A DNA stretch of 60,863 nucleotides from IMG/VR virus record IMGVR_UViG_3300032333_000288, positions 1-60,863 of that record; one strand, written 5' to 3'. A program made the translations under genes and the position numbers. The notes under the pieces are model-generated. The model worked only from the letters and a program-made list of their open reading frames with translations, did not search any database and was not told the DNA's origin. Positions 1-9,542 of this stretch are shown one piece after another (the first letter of the stretch is position 1; every line of letters begins with the position of its first letter). This DNA is from a virus (taxonomy: Duplodnaviria; Caudoviricetes).

Positions 1-27
1 CCGAAGCCCCGCTCTCACTCCCGAATC

Positions 28-1995
28 TTGACGAGCCCGACCAGGACGGAGAAGCGCCATGAGCCGAGCCCACAAGCACGCCCACGCTCAGCGCCGCGGA
101 AACGGTCGCGCAGTCCGCCGCCGCGAGACCCGGTTCCAGGAGAAGGCCGCTCGCCAGGAGGCCCGGCAGGCGGTACAGATGGCACGACAGAGGCCGGCGT
201 GACCCGGGCTAAGCCCAAGCCCAAGGCCAAGGTCATCACCAAAGCCCGGCTCCCGAAGCTCTCAAAGACCGAAATCCGCACGAAGCAGGCTTCGACCGTC
301 TTCGACACGCCCCCAGACCCGAACCGCTTCACCGGCACCCGCGAGGAACAGGTCGCCGCCGCCTACGCGGCGAACCCGAGCCTCGCCAAGCCTCTGCCCC
401 CGCTGCACAAGACCGCCACAGCCCTGCAGAAGGAGCTGATCAGCCGGACGCTGGCTCGACGCCGCTTGTTGCCGTTCGTGCAGCGCATGAACGAGCGCTA
501 CGACGCCGGGTGGGTGCATGAGGACATCTGTCGGCGCCTGGAGAAGTTCAGCGACGACGTGGCCGCGGGCCTGAGCCCCCGGCTGATGATCCTGATGCCG
601 CCACGGCACGGGAAGTCGGAGCTGGCGTCCCGCATGTTCCCGCCCTGGCACCTGGGGCGGCACCCGGAGCACGAGTTCATCGCCTGCTCGTACAACCTGA
701 GCCTTGCGATGGGCTTCAGCCGGAAGGTGAAGCAGGTGATCGACGACCCGGCCTACCAGGGCGTGTTCCCGACGAAGCTGGACCCGAACAACCAGAGCAC
801 AGAAGAGTGGGGCATCGCCGGCGAGCGCGGCGGCTACGTCGCAGCGGGTATCGGCGGGCCTATCACGGGCAAGGGCGCCCACGTCCTGGTCATCGACGAC
901 CCGGTGAAGAACGCCGAGGAAGCGGACTCAGCCGACGGTCGTGAGAAGGTGTGGGAGTGGTACTTGTCCACGGCCTACACCCGCTTGGCGCCCGGCGGCG
1001 GTGTGCTGATCATCCAGACCTGGTGGCACGACGACGACCTGAGTGGCCGCATCCAGCAGATGATGGTGAACGGCGCGGACGACGACATCGACCAGTTCGA
1101 GGTCGTGAAATACCCGGCCCTGGCCACCGACGACGAGTATCTGGACGGCGTCACCGGGAAGATCGTCAACGAGATTCCGCCGCTGGACGCCGACCCGGGC
1201 GGCACCACGTACACCCTGCTGCGCAAGAAGGGCGACGCGCTGCACCCTGCGCGCTACGACGCGAAGAAGCTCAACAAGATCAGGGCGCTGAACCGCAAGG
1301 ACGACGGGACGGATGGGCGCTGGTGGAGCGCGCTGTACCAGCAGAACCCGGTGCCCGACGATGGCGGCTATTTCACGAAAAGCCAGTTCAAGCGCGCCCA
1401 GACGCCGCACATCAGCCGGTGCAACGTGTTCATCGCCTGGGACTTTGCGATCAGCGAGAAGAAGCAGAACGACTACACCGTGGGTTCCGTGGGCCTCCAG
1501 GACGAGGACGACATGCTCCACGTGGCCGAAATCGTGCGTTTCAAGTCCGCTGACAGTTTCTTCATCGTAGAATCTATTTTGAATCTGTCTGCGAGGTGGC
1601 CGAGTGCGAGCCAAGTCATTGGCTTTGAAGACGGTCAAATCTGGCGGGCAATCGAGGCACTACTCAAGAAGCGAATGCGAGAACGCCGGATGTACCCCGC
1701 CATCGTTGTGCTGCCGCCAATCACCGACAAGCTGGCGCGAGCGCGCCCGCTTCAGGGTCGCATGCAGCAGGGGATGGTCAGCTTCAGTTCGAGCGGCGAG
1801 TGGTTCGAGACGGCACGCAATGAGATGCTTCGTTTCCCGGCTGGCGTGCACGACGACCAGGTCGATTCGCTGGCCTGGATGACGAAGATGGCGATGGAGC
1901 GCGCGGCGCCCCGCAAGAAAGTTCACCCGAGCCTGCGGTCCTGGCGCGACAAACTGAAGCTCGCCGCCGGCGCCGGCTCACACATGGGAGCCTGA
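28..1995 (+). CDS. terL: Terminase large subunit with a long low-complexity N-terminal extension; may start before the window
   Basis: Walker A MPPRHGKS, Walker B VLVIDDP, QTWWHDDDL, ALYQQNP, nuclease motifs AWDFA and HDDQVDS. The frame is open from base 1. Confidence 0.95.
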   Translation: MTSPTRTEKRHEPSPQARPRSAPRKRSRSPPPRDPVPGEGRSPGGPAGGTDGTTEAGVTRAKPKPKAKVITKARLPKLSKTEIRTKQASTVFDTPPDPNRFTGTREEQVAAAYAANPSLAKPLPPLHKTATALQKELISRTLARRRLLPFVQRMNERYDAGWVHEDICRRLEKFSDDVAAGLSPRLMILMPPRHGKSELASRMFPPWHLGRHPEHEFIACSYNLSLAMGFSRKVKQVIDDPAYQGVFPTKLDPNNQSTEEWGIAGERGGYVAAGIGGPITGKGAHVLVIDDPVKNAEEADSADGREKVWEWYLSTAYTRLAPGGGVLIIQTWWHDDDLSGRIQQMMVNGADDDIDQFEVVKYPALATDDEYLDGVTGKIVNEIPPLDADPGGTTYTLLRKKGDALHPARYDAKKLNKIRALNRKDDGTDGRWWSALYQQNPVPDDGGYFTKSQFKRAQTPHISRCNVFIAWDFAISEKKQNDYTVGSVGLQDEDDMLHVAEIVRFKSADSFFIVESILNLSARWPSASQVIGFEDGQIWRAIEALLKKRMRERRMYPAIVVLPPITDKLARARPLQGRMQQGMVSFSSSGEWFETARNEMLRFPAGVHDDQVDSLAWMTKMAMERAAPRKKVHPSLRSWRDKLKLAAGAGSHMGA

Positions 1996-1996
1996 G

Positions 1997-2074
1997 ATGA
2001 AACCGACCCCGATCGCACTCGCAGTCCGCCAGCTCATCTGGGAAATCCGGTACGCGAAGGAGAAGAACCGATGA
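1997..2074 (+). CDS. Small hypothetical protein (25 aa, MKPTPIALAVRQLIWEIRYAKEKNR)
   Basis: Fills the gap after the terL stop. Its TGA overlaps the next ATG (ATGA at 2071-2074). Confidence 0.45.
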   Translation: MKPTPIALAVRQLIWEIRYAKEKNR

Positions 2075-2340
2075 GCCCCGCCGAGTTCGTGTTCTGGCTG
2101 CGCGGCTTCATGCAGGCCGAGCCCGAGCTGACCCCGGAGCGCCTGAAGGTGATCCGTAGCGTGCTGGAGGACGTGATAGTGTCCCCGCCCCCGCCCGCGC
2201 AGGCGCGTATCCAGGGAGTTCAGGACGCTTGGCGCACTGATCTGCGCCGCAAGCTGGAGGAGGAGCGCAAGGAGTTCCTGAAGTCCTTGCCGCCGCACAG
2301 GCCCTGGAGCGTGATCCCGACGGCTGGGTGTGAGCTATGA
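2071..2340 (+). CDS. Hypothetical phage protein
   Basis: AAGGAG RBS upstream and ATGA coupling to the next gene. Confidence 0.7.
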   Translation: MSPAEFVFWLRGFMQAEPELTPERLKVIRSVLEDVIVSPPPPAQARIQGVQDAWRTDLRRKLEEERKEFLKSLPPHRPWSVIPTAGCEL

Positions 2341-2744
2341 ACGTCGCCGCCCAGCTCGTCGCCCGCTGCTTCGCGGCGCGCACCGCCGCTCACCTCGATC
2401 ACCTCACCACCGAGAGCTACGCCCAGCACATGGCTCTCGGCGACTTCTATGACGCCGTGGCCTCCGGGGCGGACGAGTTCGCGGAGTGCTACATGGCGCT
2501 CCACGGCAAGTTCACCTCGGCGGATTTCCCACGCATCAACACGACGCTGGGCGCCTCCATCAACACCATCACAGACCTGCGCACGTGGATCGTGGACAAC
2601 CGCGAAGAAGCGTGCGAGCCCCCAGGTGACAAGGACTCCGAGAACGAGCGCGAAGACATCGACTGCACCGAGTTGGCGAACCTCATCGACAACATCCTGG
2701 CAGTGATCGACCGCGCAATCTATAAATTGAAATTCCTCTCGTGA
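2337..2744 (+). CDS. Ferritin/Dps-like four-helix protein (DUF5856-like)
   Basis: HLDHLTTESYAQHMALGDFYD...DEFAECYM and terminal NLIDNILAVIDRAIYKLKFL pattern. Confidence 0.7.
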   Translation: MNVAAQLVARCFAARTAAHLDHLTTESYAQHMALGDFYDAVASGADEFAECYMALHGKFTSADFPRINTTLGASINTITDLRTWIVDNREEACEPPGDKDSENEREDIDCTELANLIDNILAVIDRAIYKLKFLS

Positions 2745-2751
2745 GTCACCC

Positions 2752-4899
2752 ATGCCACTGAACACTGCCCTGTGCATGAAGACATGGAACAGGTACCAAT
2801 GGGCGCGTGACAACGGTCATCAGCGGTTCGTCGAGAAGGCCGACAAGTGCGAGCGCTTCTTCGCCGGGGACCAGTGGGACCCAAGCGACGTGGCTCGGCT
2901 CAAACTGGCGCGTCGCCCGGCGCTGACGATCAACAAGATCATCAGCACGGTCGGCAACGTGATGGGCGAGCAGATTTTCAACCGCTCCGAGACGAGTTTC
3001 CGGCCCCGCGCCGGCTCGCCGGATGAGGTCGCCGAGGCGCTGACGAAGGTCTACAAGCAGATCAGCGACAACAACCAGCTCGATTGGAAACGCAGCGACA
3101 TGTTCGCTGACGGGATCATCACGAGTCGGGGTTTTCTGGACGTGCGGCTGGGCTTCAAGGACAGCATGCAGGGTGAGGTACTCATCGAGAACCTGAACCC
3201 GAAGAACGTGATCATCGACCCGGACGGCGAGGAGTACGACCCGGACTCGTGGAGCGAGGTTTTCCTCACGAAGTGGGTCACGGCGGACGACATCGCGATC
3301 CTCTACAACAAGACCGACGCCGAGCTGCTGCGCAACCGCGAGCAGAGCTACTTCCCCTACGGCTACGACTCGATTTCAGCGCACCGGGACCGCTTCGGCG
3401 ACCGTCTGAATCCGATGTACCAGGGCGACTACGACAACTCGTCCGTCCTGCGCAACATCCGCGTGATCGAACGCCAGCACCGCATGCTGGACCGCCAGAA
3501 GCACTTCGTGAGCGCCGAGGGCGACATGCGGGCGATCCCCGAGGACTTCCCGCGCGACAAGATCGCGTGGTTCGTTGAGAAGTTCGGGTTCACGGTGACC
3601 TCGAAGCTCGTCCGCCGCATCCGCTGGACGGTGATCGCCGACAACATCGAGCTGCACGACGACTGGAGCCCGTACAAGCACTTCACGCCGGTGCCGTTCT
3701 TCCCGTATTTCCGTCGCGGCAGCACGATCGGCCTGGTCGAGAACCTCCTGGGCAGTCAGGAGCTGCTCAACAAGGTCAGCAGCCAGGAGCTGCACGTCGT
3801 GAATACCACGGCGAACAGCGGCTGGAAGGTGAAGTCCGGCTCGCTGACGAACATGACGCCCGAAGAGCTGGAGCAGCGCGGTGCGGAGACCGGCCTCGTG
3901 GTCGAGACGAACGGCGACCCGGACACGGATCTGGTGAAGATCCAGCCGAATCAGGTGCCGCAGGGCCTGGACCGCATCAGCTACAAGGCTGAGGAGCACA
4001 TCAAGACGATCTCCGGCATCAACGACTCGATGCAGGGCTTCGACCGCGAGGACGTGGCCGCGAAGGCGATCGACAAGAAGAAGCAGAGTGGGCAGACCGG
4101 GCTGGCGAAGCCCCTGGACAGCCTGACGCGCACCGACCACATGTTGGCGCGGAACATTCTGGACCTCGTGCAGGAGTTCTACACCGAGGAACGGCTCATG
4201 ACGATCACGCACAACCGTGCGACCGGCGAGACTGAGACGTTCGCGGTGAATCAGGCCACGCCCGAAGGCACAATCGTCAACGACCTGACTCTCGGCGAGT
4301 ACAGCGTGGTCACCACGTCCGTCCCGCACCGTGAGACGATGGAGGACAGCCAGTTCGACCAGGCTGTGGCGATGCGCGAGATGGGCGTGATGATCCCCGA
4401 CAGCGTGATCATCGACTCCAGCCGCCTCCTGAACAAGAAGGACATCATCAAGGCGATGGAGGGCGACAAGGAGAGCCCAGAAGCCCAGGCCCAGGCCCAG
4501 CTCCAGCAGCGCGCACAGGCCGCTGAGGTGGCGAAGGTCGAGGCCGAAGCCTCCGCCAAGGGCGCGGACGCTGGCCTGAAGAAGGCGAAGGCCGACAAGA
4601 CCGTCGTCGAGACCCAGGTGCTGGCGAACACGCCCATCGAGAACCCGAACAGCGGCGAAGACCCCGAGCTGGAGTACGCGAAGGCTGAGCATGAGGCGGG
4701 TCTCGCCGAGCGCGAGCAGGAGCGCAAGGAGCGCAAGGACTTCATGGACCACGGCCTGAAGCGTGAGGTCGAGAACAACAAGCTGCGCCTCCAGGCACAG
4801 GACATGGCAGCGAAGCGCATGGACGCCCGCGCTGCCGCTCAGGCACAAGCCGCAGCCGCGGCCCAGAAACCCCAACCCCAACGACAAGGACTCCGATGA
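2752..4899 (+). CDS. Portal protein (P22/N4-like)
   Basis: 715 aa following terL. FFAGDQW...RPALTINKI N-terminus, FTPVPFFPY, Q/A-rich C-terminal coiled coil. Confidence 0.9.
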   Translation: MPLNTALCMKTWNRYQWARDNGHQRFVEKADKCERFFAGDQWDPSDVARLKLARRPALTINKIISTVGNVMGEQIFNRSETSFRPRAGSPDEVAEALTKVYKQISDNNQLDWKRSDMFADGIITSRGFLDVRLGFKDSMQGEVLIENLNPKNVIIDPDGEEYDPDSWSEVFLTKWVTADDIAILYNKTDAELLRNREQSYFPYGYDSISAHRDRFGDRLNPMYQGDYDNSSVLRNIRVIERQHRMLDRQKHFVSAEGDMRAIPEDFPRDKIAWFVEKFGFTVTSKLVRRIRWTVIADNIELHDDWSPYKHFTPVPFFPYFRRGSTIGLVENLLGSQELLNKVSSQELHVVNTTANSGWKVKSGSLTNMTPEELEQRGAETGLVVETNGDPDTDLVKIQPNQVPQGLDRISYKAEEHIKTISGINDSMQGFDREDVAAKAIDKKKQSGQTGLAKPLDSLTRTDHMLARNILDLVQEFYTEERLMTITHNRATGETETFAVNQATPEGTIVNDLTLGEYSVVTTSVPHRETMEDSQFDQAVAMREMGVMIPDSVIIDSSRLLNKKDIIKAMEGDKESPEAQAQAQLQQRAQAAEVAKVEAEASAKGADAGLKKAKADKTVVETQVLANTPIENPNSGEDPELEYAKAEHEAGLAEREQERKERKDFMDHGLKREVENNKLRLQAQDMAAKRMDARAAAQAQAAAAAQKPQPQRQGLR

Positions 4900-5930
4900 A
4901 ATTGCACTGGCTGCTCCGCGCTTTCCTCTGGGCGCTCTCTCCCGGCATTGTTGGCGGCGAAGGCGGCGGTCCCGTCGACCGCGGCGACGACTTCACCCCC
5001 ACCGGCCCCGACGCCGAGGAGCCGTCACCAGACGACAAGGCTGCTGCCGACGAGGCGCTGGCCGCTGAGGTCGCTGCCGCTGAGGCTGCGAAGGCGAAGA
5101 AGGAGAAGCCCGCCGTCGAGCCCGAGGCTGACGAGGGCGACGAAGACGGGGACAAGGACAAGCCGAAGGCGAAGAAGCGCATCCCGCTGGACCGCCACGA
5201 AGCGATCCTGAGCAAGGAGCGCGACCAGCGCAAGGCGCTCGAAGCCCAGCTCGCCCAGTACCAGCAGGGCGCGAAGGTCGCGGACATCAACGTCGAGCTG
5301 ACCGCTGCCGAGGAGAAGATCGGCAAGCTGGAGAGCGACTACGCCAAGCTGCTGGCTGATGGCGAGGTCGAGAAGGCCACGAAGGTGATGGCGGACATCC
5401 GCCGCACTGAGCGGGAAATCTCCGAGGCGAAGGCGGACATGAAGATCGCTGCGGCTACGGCCACGGCCATCGAGACCACCCGCTACCGCATGAGCCTGGA
5501 GCGGGTCGAGGCAGCGTTCCCGGCGCTGAACCCAGACCACGAGGACTTCGACGCCGAGCTGCTGGGCGACGTGGCGGACCTGAAGACCACGTACGAGCGC
5601 AAGGGCATGACGCCTACGGACGCGCTCCAGAAGGCGGTGAAGAAGCTGCTGCCGACCGAGACCGTCAAGCAGGACGACGCCGTCACGGTGAAGCCGAAGG
5701 TGGGTGCTGCGGACGCAGCCGCTGCGGTCGCAGCCGAGCGCAAGAAGGGCGCCGTGGCGAAGACCCTGGAGGCCACCAGCAAGCAACCTGCCAGCCTCGC
5801 GAAGGCTGGCATGGACAGCGACAAGGATGGCGGCTCGGTCAGCGCGAAGGACGTGCTGAAGATGTCGTTCAAGGACTTCTCGGCACTGGACGAGCAGACG
5901 CTCGCGAAGATGCGCGGAGACGTGCTGTAA
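4896..5930 (+). CDS. Capsid scaffolding protein
   Basis: Acidic, Ala/Lys-rich coiled-coil protein between portal and capsid, with RIPLDRH motif. Confidence 0.75.
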   Translation: MKLHWLLRAFLWALSPGIVGGEGGGPVDRGDDFTPTGPDAEEPSPDDKAAADEALAAEVAAAEAAKAKKEKPAVEPEADEGDEDGDKDKPKAKKRIPLDRHEAILSKERDQRKALEAQLAQYQQGAKVADINVELTAAEEKIGKLESDYAKLLADGEVEKATKVMADIRRTEREISEAKADMKIAAATATAIETTRYRMSLERVEAAFPALNPDHEDFDAELLGDVADLKTTYERKGMTPTDALQKAVKKLLPTETVKQDDAVTVKPKVGAADAAAAVAAERKKGAVAKTLEATSKQPASLAKAGMDSDKDGGSVSAKDVLKMSFKDFSALDEQTLAKMRGDVL

Positions 5931-5953
5931 CTCAACTCACCCAAGGACTGACC

Positions 5954-6345
5954 ATGAACCACATCCAATCCCCCGCACCTGTGACGCCTCTATCGAGGAG
6001 GAAATCCTCGCCAAGGGCCTGACTGCGCCGCGCATCACGCCGGCGGACATTGAGGACAACATCGAGGCCGTGCACTATTTCACTGCTGCGGACGGCGTCA
6101 TCGCGGCTGCCGTGGAGAGCACTGGCTCCATCGGCGTGTACGGACCAGATCGCGGATCACCGCTGCATCTCCTGACCTTCTGCGTCTTGGTGCTCAAGAA
6201 CGGCTTCACCGTCACCGGCGAGAGCGCCTGCGCCAGCCCCGAGAACTTCGACGCCGAGGTGGGCCGCAAGATCGCCCGCGCCAACGCCGTGAACAAGGTG
6301 TGGCCGCTGATGGGCTACGAGCTGAAGAGCAAGCTGACCGCCTAA
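5954..6345 (+). pseudogene. N4 gp49/Sf6 gp66-family gene with an apparent 1-nt frameshift near 5970-5974
   Basis: RBS plus ATG at 5954 reads MNHIQSP. The family-like continuation (IEEEILAKGLTAPRITPADI...LTFCVLVLKNGFTVTGESACASPENFDAEVGRKIA) is in the -1 frame. Confidence 0.7.
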
Positions 6346-6360
6346 ACCAGGAGAACTGAA

Positions 6361-6558
6361 ATGACCAAGCAAGTACGCATCGAGAACGCCGACCAAGCGC
6401 CCTACAAGGTGCTCGTGGAGGTGTGGGACAAGGGTTACCCGGAGGGGCAGCCCGACGTGCTGCAGAAAACTATCGAACTGAACCACCCAACGGCCATGAC
6501 CGGCAGCGACTGCTACCTCACGAGCACGCGCTACCTCGTCGTGAAGGAAGCGCCGTAG
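6361..6558 (+). CDS. Hypothetical protein
   Basis: AGGAG RBS, ATG start, typical codon usage. Confidence 0.75.
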   Translation: MTKQVRIENADQAPYKVLVEVWDKGYPEGQPDVLQKTIELNHPTAMTGSDCYLTSTRYLVVKEAP

Positions 6559-6564
6559 GGTGAG

Positions 6565-6587
6565 ATCGAACCTCGAAGATAGAACGG
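6565..6587 (+). promoter_or_regulatory. Copy of the recurrent intergenic motif (atcgaacctcgaagatagaacgg)
   Basis: The 14-mer TCGAACCTCGAAGA is identical to the reverse complement of 45986-45999. 20/23 identical to 17465-17487. Confidence 0.6.
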
Positions 6588-6609
6588 CCCCACGGGGCCG
6601 TTTTTCTTT
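6583..6609 (+). terminator. Rho-independent terminator
   Basis: Hairpin aacggcccc-ac-ggggccgtt followed by tttcttt. Confidence 0.8.
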
Positions 6610-6617
6610 GCTATAGT
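6609..6617 (+). promoter_or_regulatory. Possible extended -10 promoter for the capsid gene
   Basis: TG-c-TATAGT about 105 nt upstream of the capsid ATG. Confidence 0.4.
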
Positions 6618-6721
6618 TCCGCCATCGTCAGCCTGCACGACAGCCAGGCACCCCGCGCGTCGGAGCGATATTCGACACCAAGAGTCGCAAGTCGAACCAA
6701 GAACGCAAAGGGGTAGCCGTC

Positions 6722-7867
6722 ATGGCAGTGACCAATTTCAGCCTGCTCACCTCGGAACAGAAAACCGTGTGGAGTATGGATTTGTGGAAGCAGGCTCGTA
6801 ATATGAGCTTCGTCAACAAGTTCCTGGGCAAAGGCCCGAACTCGTTGATCCAGCACATCACCGAACTGAAGAAGTCCGAAAAGGGCGCCCGTGCAGTCAT
6901 CACGCTGCTGGCCGACCTGACCGGCGACGGCGTTGCCGGTGACCGCCAGTTGGAAGGCAACGAAGAGGCGATGCAGACCTTTGACCAGGTCATCCGCATC
7001 GACCAGCTCCGCCACGCCAACCGCCACGAAGGCAAGATGGCCGACCAGAAGTCGGTTGTTGAATTCCGCGGCAACTCCCGCGACGTGCTGGCCTACTGGC
7101 TGGCCGACCGCATCGACCAGATGGCGTTCAGCGCCCTCGGTGGCCGTAGCTTCGCGATCCGCCCGAACGGCTCGACCCGCATCGGCTCGGACCTGCCGAA
7201 CCTGGAGTTCGCTGCCGACGTGACCGCGCCGTCCACCAAGCGCATGCTGCGCTGGGACAACGTGAACAAGGTGCTGAAGGACAGCGCCTCGGGCTCGAAC
7301 ACCAGCTCGGCCATCGTCAACACCGGCGCCGCGGTCAGCAGCGACTTCCCGGCTTGGCAGACCTTCGTGCAGCTCAAGGCGTACGCCAAGGACCGCTACA
7401 TCCGTGGCGTGAACGGCGAGGGCGGCGAGGAAACGTACCACGCGTTCCTGACCCCGCAGGCGTTCGCCAAGCTGAAGGCCGACAACGACTACAACCTGAA
7501 CCTGCGCCACTCGCAGCAGACCAGCAAGAACGACGCGCTGTTCACGGGTTCGAGCGTCAAGATCGACGGCATCTACCTGCACGAGTTCCGCCATGTGCCG
7601 AACGTGTCTGCCGGCATCAGCGGCACGAACATGTACGGCGCCGGTTTGAACCTGCCGGGCTCGCAGATCCTGTTCTGCGGTGCGCAAGCGCTCGGCATGG
7701 CCGACATCGGCGCCCCGGACTGGAACGAGAAGGGCTTCGACTACGAGAACAGCCAGGGCATCGCCATGGGCAAGATTCTCGGCTTCCTGAAGCCCAAGTT
7801 CGGGACGATCTACGAGAACAACACCGTCGAAGACTTCGGCGTGCTGTCTTGCTACGTGGCCCAGTAA
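6722..7867 (+). CDS. Major capsid protein (N4-gp56/DUF4043-like)
   Basis: 381 aa after the scaffold. ITELKKSEKGARAVITL...GVAGDRQLEGNEE...IDQLRHA...LFCGAQAL pattern; strongly biased codons. Confidence 0.9.
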   Translation: MAVTNFSLLTSEQKTVWSMDLWKQARNMSFVNKFLGKGPNSLIQHITELKKSEKGARAVITLLADLTGDGVAGDRQLEGNEEAMQTFDQVIRIDQLRHANRHEGKMADQKSVVEFRGNSRDVLAYWLADRIDQMAFSALGGRSFAIRPNGSTRIGSDLPNLEFAADVTAPSTKRMLRWDNVNKVLKDSASGSNTSSAIVNTGAAVSSDFPAWQTFVQLKAYAKDRYIRGVNGEGGEETYHAFLTPQAFAKLKADNDYNLNLRHSQQTSKNDALFTGSSVKIDGIYLHEFRHVPNVSAGISGTNMYGAGLNLPGSQILFCGAQALGMADIGAPDWNEKGFDYENSQGIAMGKILGFLKPKFGTIYENNTVEDFGVLSCYVAQ

Positions 7868-7891
7868 CCTGAAGGCCAAGGAGAACACACC

Positions 7892-8392
7892 ATGAAGAAG
7901 CTCGCAAATCGCGTTGCCCAGAACGTCATGTCCCAGGAGTTCACCTTCGAGTGGAACGACTGGGTCATTGACTCCGCCGACGGTGCGAAGAAGACCCTCG
8001 GATCGACGGTCGCCCTGTCGAAGGACCCCGCCGAGTCCGGCCTCACCGGCCCGGTGGCGAACACCATCACCTTCGACGCGCTGCCGATGCCTGTGGGTGC
8101 GGTGCTGGTCGGCGGTGAGGTGATCATCGAGGCGGCGTACGCCGGCTCTACGGCTGCCACGCTCACGCTGGGCATCGCCGGATCGCTGACGAACATCTTG
8201 GCGTCCAACGACCTCAAGGCCGCGGCGAACACCCGCACCGCTCTGCTGTTGACCGCGGCTCTGACGTGCAACTCGGGTCAGAACATCCGCGCCACCATCG
8301 CCTACACCGTGGCAAACGCCACCGCGGGCAAGGTGCGTGTGCGTGTGCTGTACACGATCGACGGACGCGCCAACGAGATGGTCGGCGCCTGA
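7892..8392 (+). CDS. Putative capsid decoration/minor structural protein
   Basis: Directly after the capsid gene, AAGGAG RBS, beta-rich LPMPVGAVLVGG sequence. Confidence 0.6.
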   Translation: MKKLANRVAQNVMSQEFTFEWNDWVIDSADGAKKTLGSTVALSKDPAESGLTGPVANTITFDALPMPVGAVLVGGEVIIEAAYAGSTAATLTLGIAGSLTNILASNDLKAAANTRTALLLTAALTCNSGQNIRATIAYTVANATAGKVRVRVLYTIDGRANEMVGA

Positions 8393-8415
8393 TTCACGGA
8401 CCAGCCGTGACCCAT

Positions 8416-8443
8416 AAGAACGGGGCCTGACGGCCCCGTTCTT
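8416..8443 (+). terminator. Perfect 12-bp hairpin, probable terminator/attenuator after the capsid genes
   Basis: aagaacggggcc-tgac-ggccccgttctt. Confidence 0.65.
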
Positions 8444-8469
8444 CCACCAGCAACCACAAGGACCTGACG

Positions 8470-8844
8470 ATGAAGTTCACCATGCCCCGCAACCGTACCA
8501 TCGCCTCGACGTGCGGCCTGTCGATCGAATTCAAAAAGGGCGAGCCCGCCCTGGTACCCCCGGCCATGTACGCCGAGGTCATCGCCGCCGGCGGAGTCTC
8601 GGAGGACGAGATCCCCGAAGACGAGCTGCCGACGAAAGCTGCCACGCCCGCTGCGCTGGCCGAGCGCGAAGCCGCGCTGATGGTGGCGTTCAAGAAGATC
8701 GCGTTGCGCAACGACAGCAAGGACTTCACTGCTGGCGGCATGCCGCATCTGGCTGTGATCCAGGCCGAGACCGGCTGGCGCGTGGACTCGAAGGAGCGCG
8801 ACGCCACCTGGGTGAAGTTCACGGCCGGTTCGGACCCGGACTAA
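8470..8844 (+). CDS. Hypothetical head-associated protein
   Basis: RBS plus ATG, position in the head module, DFTAGGMP motif. Confidence 0.7.
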   Translation: MKFTMPRNRTIASTCGLSIEFKKGEPALVPPAMYAEVIAAGGVSEDEIPEDELPTKAATPAALAEREAALMVAFKKIALRNDSKDFTAGGMPHLAVIQAETGWRVDSKERDATWVKFTAGSDPD

Positions 8845-8847
8845 GCC

Positions 8848-9507
8848 ATGACGCCCGGCGACCTGCTCACGCTGTTCCGCTCCGAGGTCAGCGACGTTGC
8901 GACGCCGTACCTGTGGATCGACGACGAGTTCTTCAGCTATGCCGACGACGCACAGAAGCAGTTCGCCCGCCTCACCTGGGGGCTGATCGACAGCTCGACG
9001 ACCGCCATCGTGGACATCCCGCTGGTGGCCGGCACGAACACCTACGACCTCAGCCCGCTGATCCTTGCCGTACGCGCGGCGCGCGTGACTGCCACGGGCC
9101 GCGGGCTCGACATCGTGAACCAGGAGGACATGCCCGTACGGCGCATGTACTTCGACGGCACGGAGGGCGTACCCCAGGCAGTGATCCTGGGCATGGACAC
9201 GGACAAGATCAGTGTGTGGCCCGTGCCGATCGAGGATGAGGCGATCAAGCTCTCAGTCTTCCGCCTGCCGCTGGCGGACATCACCAGCGCGAACGAGACG
9301 ACGCCCTTCGAGATTGCTCCGCAGCACCACCGGCACCTCCTGCTATGGGTGAAGCACCTCGCCTACCTCAAGCAGGACGCGGAGACCTACGACCGCATCA
9401 AAGCCGCTGAGTTCGGGGCCGCTTTCGAGGCGTACTGCGCACGAGCCAAGAAGGAACAGGACCGCTCGCGCCACAAACCCCGCTCCGTCACGTACGGAGG
9501 GATCTAG
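8848..9507 (+). CDS. Head-to-tail adaptor protein
   Basis: FRSEVSD...PYLWIDDEFFSYADDAQ N-terminus, position in the module. Confidence 0.65.
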   Translation: MTPGDLLTLFRSEVSDVATPYLWIDDEFFSYADDAQKQFARLTWGLIDSSTTAIVDIPLVAGTNTYDLSPLILAVRAARVTATGRGLDIVNQEDMPVRRMYFDGTEGVPQAVILGMDTDKISVWPVPIEDEAIKLSVFRLPLADITSANETTPFEIAPQHHRHLLLWVKHLAYLKQDAETYDRIKAAEFGAAFEAYCARAKKEQDRSRHKPRSVTYGGI

Positions 9508-9542
9508 TGATCCGCATCTGCTTCCGCTACCCGGAGAGTTCA

